From assembly GCA_965202585.1 (NCBI GenBank), contig OZ241829.1:63240001-63304000 (forward strand): DNA of 64,000 nucleotides, written 5' to 3'. A program made the translations under genes and the position numbers. Each line of letters begins with the position of its first letter. Position 1 is the stretch's first letter. The stretch is from Thalia democratica. Taxonomy: Eukaryota. Under the pieces are notes generated by a model. That model had not been told where the DNA came from. It made no database searches and worked only from the letters and a program-made list of their open reading frames with translations. This document shows, piece by piece, positions 1 through 12,337 of the stretch.

Positions 1-1372
1 CTTAAGTGATTAGTTAGATTGCTGTAAAAAAACATTCAAAAAAACTTTAGATTGTTTACATAGTCTGTTTACTTTCTGTTTACATAGTTCAGTTTTTATA
101 AAGTTAAATATAAATTTAGGTGTATGTTTATTTACTCTCGTTTTTAGATGGTTTTGTTTTTGGTTTTTATATTTCACTAAACGAAATAAAACTAGTACAA
201 TGTTAAGCAATTTTTTACTTTTGTATTGAGCAGTTTTTAAAATCAAAATAAAAACAAAATATAACATTTTAAATGATCTTCCACCAACTAAAACTAAACC
301 CTAGATGAATTTTAACAAACAAAAAACTTTCAAAAAACTGTTAATTTCAGTAGTTTGTTTAGCGAAAAATATTTATCTCCAGTGTTTTACTTGTCTAAAA
401 CGCTTTTAGTAATGCACTTAGTGGTTATTCATGCCTTAATTTTCACCAACTTAACAATAGTAGTTTTTTTTTGAACAGCGTTTCAAATATTCAAGCGTCA
501 GCAGTTTTGTTTCTAAATCGTCTAGGGAATTTACTGTTTTACTAATTGAAAATTAAAACGCAAAAACATCGATTGAATTTTACCCCGAGTTGACTTTGTT
601 ACTGACATTTGTTTCTGGTTTGAATTAACTTTTCAATCTGTTTAATGGAATTTGTCTTGGTTTGGAAAATGGTAAACTGCTTAAGTTGATTGGTTGGAAA
701 AAAATTGCCTGAACAGATGTTTGATTTGTTAAAAAGATTAAAGAATTGATAAATGAAGTGTAGAAAATATATTGTACTTTGTTACAGTACAACAATGGTT
801 TTTTATTTAGTTATCGAATTAAAAAAAAACAAACCTAAATTTGGATGATAGTTTATCTAATAACAGTTTATGTAAACTTAAATATATATTTTGCATTTTT
901 TATTAACTAGTAGATGTAAATTCAAAAATCTGGTGCGTTTAGCTTTAATTAGTCAATAAAAATAAAGTTACAAACTATACTAAACTGCCATAGAAAAAGG
1001 TCTAATAAAATCCTTAAGTAGATGTGATATTTAAGTGAGTTGTAGCATTTGTTATATTTGTAACACCCTATTTAAAAGTTACACTTAAACGAATATTTTA
1101 GAGTACATCCATATTTATATACATAATTTACTTTTCAAATTCTGTAAATACAAGTAAAAATCTTGTGAAAAATGGCACGAAAAGTTTTTTCGACCTGTAA
1201 TTAGTTGTAAAAACTTTTATCGATGTTTGCTTCAACGAGTGGTTAAAATTAGTACGTTATGTACATAAGAAAATAAACACTATGGAGAAAAATTACCGGT
1301 AAAAGGAATGAAAGTTATGAATGATTTATACGCTACGTAAATTTTTTAATGATTTTCTCTTTTCTAATGTTA

Positions 1373-1386
1373 GTTACCATAGTAAC
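1373..1386. promoter_or_regulatory. RFX X-box-like palindrome GTTACCATAGTAAC
   Basis: Fits the consensus GTNRCC-N(0-3)-RGYAAC. It is embedded in a 22-bp near-palindrome (1369-1390). The core is conserved at 20681-20694 and 45254-45267 although copy B flanks differ. Confidence 0.5.
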
Positions 1387-1663
1387 TAACTCAAGTTTAT
1401 ATTAAACAAGATCAAAAGGTTAGGTTGATTCCGCCCGGCTTTAATACTTTATTGTTTTTATTTTTAAAACAAAATAGCTTCTTTTTTGACGAATATGTAG
1501 TTTACTTACTAGAAAACTAGCTAATATGAATTTCTTAAATGTTGTCAAAAGGTCAAAAAAAACTTATTTGTTTGAATATAAACTTATTTTTGTATCATTA
1601 AGCTTAAGTTATTTGTAAACAAAAAAGTCGCACACAGTAAATAAAAACTCAAAAGATAAGATT

Positions 1664-2861
1664 TTAACACTTATGTTGAAATATGACTAGTGTATGTGTC
1701 TTATAGTATGGTTTTAAGAAAATACTCAAGTAGTTATAAACCATCTGGGATGAGAACCTTTTAAAGCTCAATACTGCGGTTCTACTCTAATGTACAAAAA
1801 AAACAAAAAAGAATTATAGCCTTTCTTATTTACTAATGTGTCTTAGAAATATTTTTCATATTAAACTCAAGTTATTAGCTTATTATTATTTTTATTACCT
1901 TAAAAAACAAAAAAATAATAACTTTACCTCTCTCTTTAAAACTTTTGATCTGAAAAAATCAACGTCTACTGCATTGTGCTCATTATGAAGTTGCATGGAA
2001 ACTTTTAAATATTCATCCAACTTGTAACTGTTTAAAATGAATTTGATTAAATATTAGCTAACGAAGTTGAACAAACTAGCAAAAATCAATTAAGGCCGTT
2101 GACGATAGTAAAAATGTAAGAGACCTAGTAAATAATTGTTATATGCTTAAAAAAAAACGAGTTACTATAAGTTTTTAAGTTGTGTATAAATTTTTATATT
2201 AGTTGTGGTAACAAATATTATTTCAATTAAATGTAGTTTAAACTTGTTTCGAAGGTGATATAGCTGATGTATGTTTATTAAAACATTTTAAAATTATCAG
2301 ATGTGTTATTGCAAACAATTTTTTAACTATTTACCAATTAAGAGTTGTAAAATTCAATAACACGAAATATTTTGTTCAGCTACTTTTTGAGATAAATATT
2401 ATTTTTTCTCAAACAGTAAGTAAACGAGTATAAAAATTCAATTAACTGTTTTCTTGAGGTTGAAACAAAATATTTTTTTTATTGTTGTTACAACTTTTAG
2501 CTATGTAAAAAAAAGTACATCAATATATGGTCTTTTGTCTCAAAATATAAAAATTCTTAATAATATTAGAATTAAATTTATAGCATAGTTTTATCTTTAG
2601 CTTATAACAAACTTTATTTGGTTATACGAAACCAAAACATATTAAAAATAATATTCATACATGATAATACTTTTCTTTTCAAATAACTTACGAGAAATGA
2701 GTTGTGTTGGTCTGTTTATAAAGAGCCATTTTGAAATCGTCCTCGGCCCCACAAGCTTTATTGAAAAAATTTGTGTACTTTGGTTTCACCGCATGGCCAG
2801 CCTTGTCTTTTTTATTTCTATCATCATGTTTTTCAGCCAACTTCTTTGAGGTCTGAGTCAT
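1664..2861 (-). CDS. Spliced orphan gene 'B', copy A (exons 2861-2692, 2027-1928, 1786-1664); MTQTSKKLAEKHDDRNKK...
   Basis: Not in ORF track. ATG is preceded by an in-frame TAA. Donors are GTAAGT and GTAAAG, acceptors CAG and TAG, phases 2 and 0 are consistent. All three exon-2 differences vs copy B are synonymous (CAT/CAC, GAG/GAA, GAC/GAT). The last exon is less certain. Confidence 0.72.
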
Positions 2862-3175
2862 TTTTTGTTTTTATTTTACATTGGTACAAAATTAAAACGA
2901 TTTGTTAAGTAGATAGAAGTATAAAAAAAATGATACCTACACAATTTAAACTTTAATGCATGATTAATTCGAAAAAGTTTGTTGTTTTAATTAATTTCAT
3001 TATATAAAATAAATTGTTTTAACGTTTTGAAAGATTTATTTTTTGTAGTTAAATATTATTTTCTTATAAAATCTAATATGTAAACTTATTTTCTTTGAAA
3101 ATAACTGATCGTATAAATAAATAGTTTCAAAACAAAGTAAAAGACTTATGTATTGTAAAATTAAACCGAATAATG

Positions 3176-6100
3176 CTAATCAAGTCTCACAGTGTTAGCA
3201 AGAACATCGACGTCAATGGATTTTGAACTTTTAACGCAATCAGCATTGGATGAAGTTGTGTTTTCCGTTGTGAATTCGATGACGTTCGTTGACTTTACTA
3301 TTTTCATATCAGCGTTAGTCGTTGCTTTTGTAAAAAGATTAAATTAAGCGTCAATTTTTCTAACCAAATTCACTTAACTATTTATAATAAGTGGCTTTGG
3401 TTTATGAATCTATACTTTCTGTGCATTAAAGAATTAATTCATATCACATTAAATTGAAATGCTTCAAAGCAAGTAGAATAAATCATCGTTGGTTTTTTAA
3501 ACAAAATGAATAATTAATAAGTTTGAAGACAATAAACAACAAAAGCTTTTTAGCTTTAGAATTTAAAACTACTTTTTACATTTCTTTGACAGTTTGACAG
3601 CTGAAATGTTATAAATATGAATATAAATCGTTTATAAAATCAACAAATTGAAATTGCACATAAATAGAAAATAAAAATTAATAAAAATATTATTGAATGA
3701 TTCATTAAAAACTTTAAAACTACAATTTTATTAAAATAGGAATTTAGTAAATATTGATTACAATCTTAGCTCAATGCAGCATATAGCTACTTATTGAAAA
3801 CCTCCAAGCCATAAGGTTTTTGCATAAAACTGCTTTACTAATTACTTGATTAACGTTAAAATTTACCCGCTTTGATTTTAATGCTAAAGAAACAAAACTT
3901 TTATTAACAATTGAATCATAGTTAACTAGCTCTTTATTTTGTGTTTAGGCCTCTGCAAAATAATTAAAAATATATAAATCTCATAAAACAAAATGTTTTA
4001 AATACGTAAGTCTAAGAAGCAAAAAAAGACTTTGCATATTTTAAATACTTTTAGTTTGTTTAAACATAAATTGCAAAAACAGACTACAAAGATTTATACC
4101 ACAGCAATGTTCTTATAGTGTTTATAACAATTTAATTACTAAAACGTATAAAATTAGTAACTAACGTTTTACCAATTAAATACTAGCATAGTAAGTGCCT
4201 GTAAAATCTTCAACATAACAAGATATTGCTCCATTTTTCAAATTTTCTTCTTCAACTGTCACAGTAGATTTTGAAATCGTGTAGTTTTCAGTGACTCCAA
4301 TCGAGAACGAAACACCTTTTTGAATTTACTATTTCAGGGGTCGGCTTAGTTTTAAGAATTGAAAGCGGTGAAAAAATTGTTGTAATAAAATTGTATTGTA
4401 AAAATTATTAAGCTTCATGGTGCAAAATAACAAAATATTTAACTTTTTTTTGATAATTGAAATCAAACTAAAAACTAACTTTTCATACAATTATTACTTT
4501 TAAACAATTAATGATAACTTTAAGCATTTTAAAAAACCAACCGAACACGGATATTTTCAGATAAGTGGTATCGGCCATCCGGGGCCTCCTGTCAACCAGG
4601 CAGTTGAAGGTCACGCTGCTGTTGGCAACCAGGGTCTGGTTCACGATCCCCCACCCCTCTAAGCTCTCCCCCCTCTTGAATATGACGTACACTCGGGGGC
4701 GGTAGCAAACACTGTTCTCGTACACGTCTGAGTGGTTGAGAGACGGGAATTCGGGGTGGAGATTCTCGCTTTTGCTCTTGCACCCCAGTTTCGTCCACCT
4801 GGCGACGAACTCCTCGTCGCTCGTTGCTAGGTAACGGGCAAACGCAATGACGTCACAATCACAACGAAGGTTGTCGTTTGGGTGCAGCCCAAGATCGGTG
4901 AGGTGACTCAGCCGCGTCATGACGACGTCGTCGTTGCCGGGCAACGTCAGGAGGCGGTTGTTGTTGAGGCTGAGGTGGGTGAGATTGGGGAGGTCTTCGA
5001 GGCAGCTCCAAGGAAAATGTTCGATTAAGTTGTCGGTGAGGTACAACCTAAACAATAAATTTGTACACTTGGATAAAATTTTAACCAACTGAAACTGAGT
5101 CGGTATTGATAAAATATCAAATAATGTATGTTTTAAAATTAAGTTTATTAAAACTTAGATTTAGAAAAATTACTAACCCAGAGAACATAAATAAGATTCA
5201 GCTAGTTATTTTAAATGAATTTGATATCATTAATTTTCAAATATTATATCTATTTTTCAATGTTTTTAAATTCAAGCCTTCTAACCAACTTTCTTAATAA
5301 GCCAAGATTTTTAAATGCACTTTCGTTTATGCTGACTATTTGATTGTCTTCTAGTTTCAAAATAAGAACATTTGGCAGATCTTTAAACATCTGTAATTTT
5401 TATTTTACTGTTACATTTAATTTGTATCTAATTTATTTAAATTTTGTTTTTTTACTAAAATTCATGTAGAAAATAACATTCCATTCTATTAAGGATAATC
5501 AAGTTAACAAGTAAAAAAAAATATCCTGGACAAGACCTTAAAAAGTATCCGTGGTGTTCGACTCGATTAGCGAAAGGTTTTTTCGAACACTAGGTCCAAG
5601 GACCAAAAATTTTGAGCAGTTTCTTTTTTGTCCTTAAATAAACAACATATGAATAGCCAAAAAAACCCTATTTCTAGTTTAAAAAGTATTGACTTATTAT
5701 TTTTTAAATTTTCGTAAAGCTATTATTTTTACGATTTTGTACACATACTTCTTGTTAACATTATATTTGGCAAAACTAAACTTATACTTTTTATTTATTT
5801 TTTCATCAAGTTTTATACTTTTAAGAAACTTTAATCATATACTATTTGTGGGCATAAACTAATTCTGATTAAATATAAAACGTTTTGAAATTGAGATTTT
5901 ATTTCATGTTTAGGCATAAAGTTTATTCGAACAAATTTTTGATCTAACAGAAAATCTTTAAAAAATAAGCTTGTTAGAGTAAATAAAACTTGATCAAGTA
6001 AAAAAATACTTACATTTGCGGTTAAATTTCTCATATTTTCTTGTCTCAGTCTGAACATTGTCACATTTGACGGAACATCTTTAAAATAGTTTGTGCTTTT

Positions 6101-6399
6101 GTAACTAGAGCAACTGACATAAAATCCTTTTTTTGTATCCGTTTCTGAATAGTTCTTACAACTGTTAAAAAAAAAAAAATAATCGATATATCTTTCTACT
6201 TGGCGGGAAACTTGTATAAATATTTAATACGATTTCAAAACTGTCTTAAAATATCCAAATGTGCTTAAAATAAAAAAACTATTAAAAACAAATAGTTAAA
6301 CTAAACAGAAAGTTACCTGCAGTTTGTTAAGCAAGATTCACAAAACTTTACATACAAGTTTGTTAAAATGAACAGCACATGATAATCAAATAACTTCAT
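3176..6399 (-). pseudogene. LRR-Ig gene, copy A, with premature TAA in exon 5 (exons 6399-6317, 6161-6014, 5390-5290, 5047-4542, 4315-4166, 3324-3176)
   Basis: Same splice sites as the intact copies. Codon 4178-4176 is TAA where copies B and A' have CAA (Gln), giving 325 aa instead of 378 aa. It could still make a truncated secreted protein. Confidence 0.78.
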
Positions 6400-9300
6400 G
6401 TTTAAGAGAATGGCTTAAGCTGTAATAAGCAGTTTTTACTTTAGATAATTTTGAAAACTATACCTTTAATAATTAAGATTTTTATATGCAATCCGCTATA
6501 ACATATTTAAAACAAAATTTTAATTTTGAAGTTTTTTTCAAACTGAATAGAACTATAAAAAATAACTACTTTACTGAGAATGTACTTGATTTACCTCAAA
6601 AAAAAAAAAACACTTCATAGCTTTGAACAAACAGTTTTAGCTAACATAAATGCTTCTAATGATTGCAAGACAGATCAACTTGTGATTTTGTAAACACATC
6701 AAAGTACTTGAGAGTTTAAACTATTGATTTTACAAGAAGTAACGTAGCGGCTTATTTAAATCCCTTTTTTTAAGTTATACGCTTTAAATGATGTTTTCTT
6801 AGCAAGCTTATTTCTAAAATGTTCTAAATCTTCACTGACTTAAATTTTACTTTTAAAAAACTAATCACCGAAATAAATATGCTCTAAATATTAGTAGTTT
6901 AATTGAAGTAATAGACAAATTTATAAACTATATTCTCTGCAACGATAATTTTTTGTTCTACTTATATTTATTGATTTATTTTTGTTTACAAACCAAGCTT
7001 TTGATTTGAAAAAACTATTCTTAAAACAAAAGTCTTTGTATAAATAAGTAATATTATAGCTAAAAACTAAAACAGTTAAATTTTTCTTAAATTTATAAAC
7101 ATTTTTAATAATTTTTAGTAGCTTAATTTTGATGTTTTTGTAGTCTAAGTTTTTTATTGTAGTTTTATTTTGTATGTAAAACATAAGTCTGTATTCAAAA
7201 ATAATCATAAACTTAAAAAGTTTTGAAACTAACGTAAAAAACTAGTATTAAATTGATTATATCTTAATTTTCAGATAAAATAATTTTCAATTCTTGTAAT
7301 TCATTACCAGTTTGTTAGTAAAAAGAAACTGAGCTCATGCGATCAAAAAATATCGGTACTAAAACACAAAACTTTTTATACCCAGCTTTACTCTAAAGTA
7401 AATTCTCGCCTAAAAAAAATTCATTAAACCGAAGAAAAAAAGCGTGATAAAAGTTTAAACAAAAAATAATTAAAACGAACAAAAAAAGCGTGTTGAAAGT
7501 TAAAACACGCTTTTTTTTTCTTTCTTCCAACTGATTAAGGCAAACAAACAAAATTATGGAGATGTGAAGTTGCTTACATGTTCGCGTTAAGACTTGTGTT
7601 GACTTTATTAAATATTCATATTGATTTTCCTTGTTTTATTGTTGGCAACTGACTGACTCTTGGATGGTGTCAATTGTTAAAGTAGAAGTTAATAAATCAC
7701 GGTCAGAATGTTTGTCAATAGATAAAATATTTTTTTTCGGTTGTTTTTTTTTTTCAGCGTGAACTCGGAAATGAGCTACCTAATTGACAATTTGTGATTA
7801 TATACGATTAGGAAAATTTTTCAAATGAGTGTTTTTCATTGGTGAAATTTAAATGAAGTATTAAGTAAAAAATACATTAAATCAACTTTATCTTTGTCAG
7901 TAATTTATGATTGAGATTCTTGTTGATGACATAATAAAATATTAAGTGTTTTGAATTTTTAAATAAAGAGTAAATTTTAAAATAAAAAACTTTAATCAAT
8001 TCTTATACAATCGTTTAATTTTTTAAAAGTTTTAGTTAACATTTTTTTAGAATAGAGTTAAAAATTTTAATAAAAACATTTGGATAAATATAAATTTTGA
8101 TAATAAAATTAAGTCATAAGTAGACAAAATATAATGTTTTGGTTTACTGTATTTTTTTAGCAGTATATTTAATTTTTAAGCAACTTGTGAATTTTAAAAC
8201 GTGTCCGGTCTTTTTGTTTTTTTAACACAAAAAAATTTATTATTACTACTTATTTACTAAAAATGATATTTAAATGTTGTAAAAATATAACTTTTGTATC
8301 ATATTATGTTTTTTATGTTTTATTTTATGCTTCACCTTTTTATCATTTTTATTTTCAACATTAATTTTAGTTAGTTTTTCTCCATATTATTAGTGTTTTA
8401 TTAAAAAAGATTTAAGGATTATATGTTTCAAAATTATTAAGTACAAAAATTTAAATCTCAATTGAATAATTTATCGAACAACTTAAACCTTGGTTAAATA
8501 GTCATGTATTAAAACGGGTTACATCATTCTTGAATAAGATTTGATTAACTTACCCTAAACTCGGGTTTCTGATTTACTTTATTGATACCTAGTTTAAACT
8601 TAAAAAAATTACGTTCATGTGGACCGCATTTAACCCTAAATGGGCAGAGGACCGCAACCGAGTCTTAATTAGAACTTAAATTGAAAAAGTAAAATGATAA
8701 AAAATGTTTACATAGTTTTTATTAGTTTGTTATTTATCATCTTTACGTATTATATTTTATACTCTCAGTCATATAATTAATTTAATAAGCGTGTTTAAAT
8801 GCTAATTTTGCTTTAACATTGTTCTTATATTACATACGGTTATAAAAAACACAAAACTATATTAAACTATATAAAGAACTGCGAATTTTTAAGACAAATA
8901 AAAATTTTAAAGCTATATTGCGAACAATATGCTAAAAACTTTAGATAAGTCTAAGTGTTTTTATAATTTTCATTCTATCCAGATTCTTTAAATTGCAAAA
9001 GTTTTTTGTACACCAAGTCCTTGGACCAAACTTTTTAAGCGTATCTTTTGTCGTTCAATAAATAATAATTCAATTTTTATTATACAAAATTTATGACATT
9101 CATGACTAATTGCAAATAATTAATCTAAGTTAGTGCTTGACTATTTTTGAAAATCATTAAACTAATTTATTGATTGGTGCAATATTAGTTTTCTCGTAAT
9201 TTTATATACTTATTTTTATAAACATAACAGCTGTTTTAAAATTTTATAGAGCTTTATTTAAAAAAATTTAAAAATTTAAAACATATAAATTTTTAAAATC

Positions 9301-11061
9301 TTTGTTATTGCTGAAATCGAAAACAAAAACATTCTTCTAAAACTGTATTATAAATTTGCATATTATTTAAAAAAAACATTTTATAAGAGCTTTTTAATTA
9401 CTAAATTTGAACGAAATCAAGCATTGATATTTAAGATAATCAAGTATGAAGCTTAATAATCATATTTATTTTACACAAAAGTACAACAATAAATTATATT
9501 GTTAAACTCACTTAAAAATAGCTTGTTTTGAACTAATACTTAGGTACGAATAACTTGGATAAGCACTTTTTAGCCCAAAACTGCTGAGTTCAAAATGCAA
9601 TATTTTTACTTTGAAATTAAAAAACAAATCTAAAAGTATAAAAAATCAATTATACTGTATTAAGTTTAGATAAGATATAACTAAAGGAGCGAGAAAAAAG
9701 TTATGAACTTACAAAGTGTATACTAAATCAAACATTTAAAACATAATCAGTGCAGTTTATTTAACTAAAATGAGGAACAGTGCAACTTAAATTTGCACAC
9801 CCCATGATTAAAACATGAAAAATATTTTTTTGAAAGATCGTACAAAACTTAGATTTAAAAATAATTAATTAACTTTCAAATACCCAATGATTGAAAAATA
9901 AATGTAAAAAGCATATGAAAAACGATGTTTATGAAAATAAAGAACATAGCAACTAAAACTTGTTTAAAACTAAGTGCTTTTAAAACATGTCTATTAGTTT
10001 AGCTTGTCGTTTGGTTTAGCAGAAATTTTTTGTTGCTCGCTATGGGAATCACAATCTACAATAATCACCTTTTCTTCTTTAGAGCAACCACCATTTTATC
10101 CTTTACTATTGTGTAGACTACCAAGACAAATAGTTTAAACGCAAAAAAAATGATAATGATAAGTAGGTAGGAGTAAAGCTCTAAAACCTCAAACAAGCTT
10201 TTTTGAGTGAACACAAGTTAACAAAAACATAATAAATATTTTCAGAAATCTCTATTTATTAAAGAATTATAACTAACTATACTATGCAATTGTTAAAGGT
10301 ACAAGAAAATAATAGATACACTAAAAAATGTTGTGATTAAAAAACAAATATACACATAAAATTACATACATAAAGTCTGAAAACTGCTAAATCTTTAAAC
10401 AAATCTTCTAAATCTTTAAATTATGCTGAAAGTATTTGTTTTGGGGGATTTTGGAGTAATAGTCAACTGTAAACTTTAGTGGCTTTTAACATTTTTGTGT
10501 TAGGTTAAGTAAAGTTAATAAAAGACTAAAATTTATTGGGTAAGCATTGCCGGTTGGGTACGCACTTTTGCGCTATATTCAAAATGCGTACCTAAGTTTC
10601 AGGTTACTGAATTACTCTAATCCTCAATTAATTTGGAGAAAATTTTCGAAAGTACTACAAACTTCTATTTATAAAAAAATCTTTAGATATTTTTAATAAC
10701 AATCCTTGATTCTTTATTTATCTGATGACAGTTAAAAAAACGTCACAAAACATTTTTACTGTATTCGATGAAGATTTACTAACTATATTTTTTTATAAAT
10801 CATACTATTTCAATAATGAGGTTTGACACAATTCTTTTTTTCATAGGTGAGTAGAAATTTGTAAGAAACTTCGGTAAACGTTTGTTGGTAAAACTAAAAA
10901 GTAATTTAATCAACCGTTGGTTTAATTTTGAGATTTAGCTTCGTCCATATTTCAATTTTCAAAGCAGTACCTTTCCTCTATAAATCATGAGTACTTTTTA
11001 AAGAGTTTAATGATTATTTATCTGGCCAGTCTATTGTTAAAGTGCTTGGGTCTTTAGGTTT

Positions 11062-11063
<2 letters not shown>

Positions 11064-11132
<69 letters not shown>
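11064..11132. repeat. (GTT)23 microsatellite
   Basis: Direct read. The paralogous site at 60008-60049 has (GTT)14. Absent from copy B. Confidence 0.97.
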
Positions 11133-12337
11133 AGTCAACGCATTTAAATATTTAATGTGTATCGTTCTACATCAATAAGTAGTAATAAATAACTATAAGT
11201 TTGTTGTTTAAAACTTTGCTTTATATGTTAATGTATAAATTTTGTATATAACATGTTTTTTTCTTTGTTTTAAACACAATGAACTTTTTGTGTTGTTTTT
11301 ATGGTTTATTTTTTTAATTATTTCGTTATGTGTCTTTTTTCTGTTTAAAGGTTCTAGATTTTGATGCATAGATCCATCATATGGACAATAAACTTACAAT
11401 AATAATAACAATATAAAAACTTATGTAATATTTTTATTATTTTTTTGTGCTACTTCTGCTATTAAGCCTATAAAAAGTCCTTCGGCAATTGGAGGTCATT
11501 TACTTAAGTATACGGAATGCTACAAGTATTATAATGATAATATATTTAAAACTTTTACTAAAGTAAGTATTATATTTCACTTCAGTTATAAGAATCCCTT
11601 TTTATAAAAACATTTAAGACAAAGTTGTGAAAACAAAATTTTGTTTAACTTTACACCACTGATTTGCATAAATTGTAATATATATCGTTTTTTTAAATTT
11701 TAATATTATTTAAACTTTTTACTTGGTTTAGTTTAAAAACTTTTTTTTTAATTGCGTAAGCATATTTTATTGTAGATGATCAGAAACTTTAAGTTTTTTA
11801 TAATATAGTTTATTCCTTTCTATGTGTACATCAACTAAATTCTGATAGTAATATATTACTTCAAACGTTTTCATAGCAGATTTTTTAATTTTAGTTTATA
11901 TAATTTTTAAACATGTATGTATATATGTTATTGTAATATCCTTTTACCATCTTAAGTTTCTATTTACTTGCTTATGCTTAAAAAAGTATAGTTTGTTTAA
12001 TTTTACCGATTTCTTAACTAAACAGTATTTATTTCACATTTTTTATTTAAACTAGTTATGAAATATCTATTATCAAGCTTTCATAAACATTAAAAATAAA
12101 TTCTTTATTTTAGCTTTAATTGTACACAAAGATTGTAAAAAAGGGTGTTTCAAATTTTTTACTTCAATAATAAATGCAAAGTATATGTCCTTAATCTTAA
12201 AAAATTATTTAATGATTTTTGTGAGGAAAAAAAGAATAAAATTCTAAACCAATTATTACGTCAATAAAATATCGATGTATAAATTTTAATTAATTTCAAA
12301 CTATCTTTTTTCAAAACAACACGTTTTAGAAAACGCA

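Noticed and set aside
10-267. 85-aa minus ORF (and twin at 43894-44148)
   Set aside because: Low-complexity AT-rich frame. The twin differs by a homopolymer indel at the end, and there is no domain or splice support.
2661-2849. Hydrophobic 62-72 aa plus ORFs in all three copies
   Set aside because: Antisense shadow of gene B exon 1, which has splice sites and in-phase partners on the minus strand.
2862-2936. Stop-codon recoding (TAA as sense) to give a TM GIIFFILLST*QIVLILYQCK
   Set aside because: TAA, TAG and TGA terminate other genes here normally, no phase-1 donor feeds this frame, and a further frameshift would be needed.
4592-4798. Overlapping 68-aa ORF and antisense ORFs at 24150-24395 and 48300-48545
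   Set aside because: Expected by-products of the GC-rich exon 4. The antisense ones are not open in all copies.
4483-5088. ORF-track ends of the LRR ORF (MVKILSK... / ...WFFKMLK)
   Set aside because: Intronic run-on. The true exon is 5047-4542 by AG/GT and phase.
6650-6835. Conserved block as a possible extra exon (VSEDLEHFRNKLAKK...)
   Set aside because: Copy A' has an early TAG and a homopolymer indel, and no partner exon was found.
5594-9028. GGTCCAAGGAC / GTCCTTGGACC inverted match as TIRs of a 3.4-kb element
   Set aside because: Only 11 bp, no TSD, and it would enclose genuine host exons 1-2.
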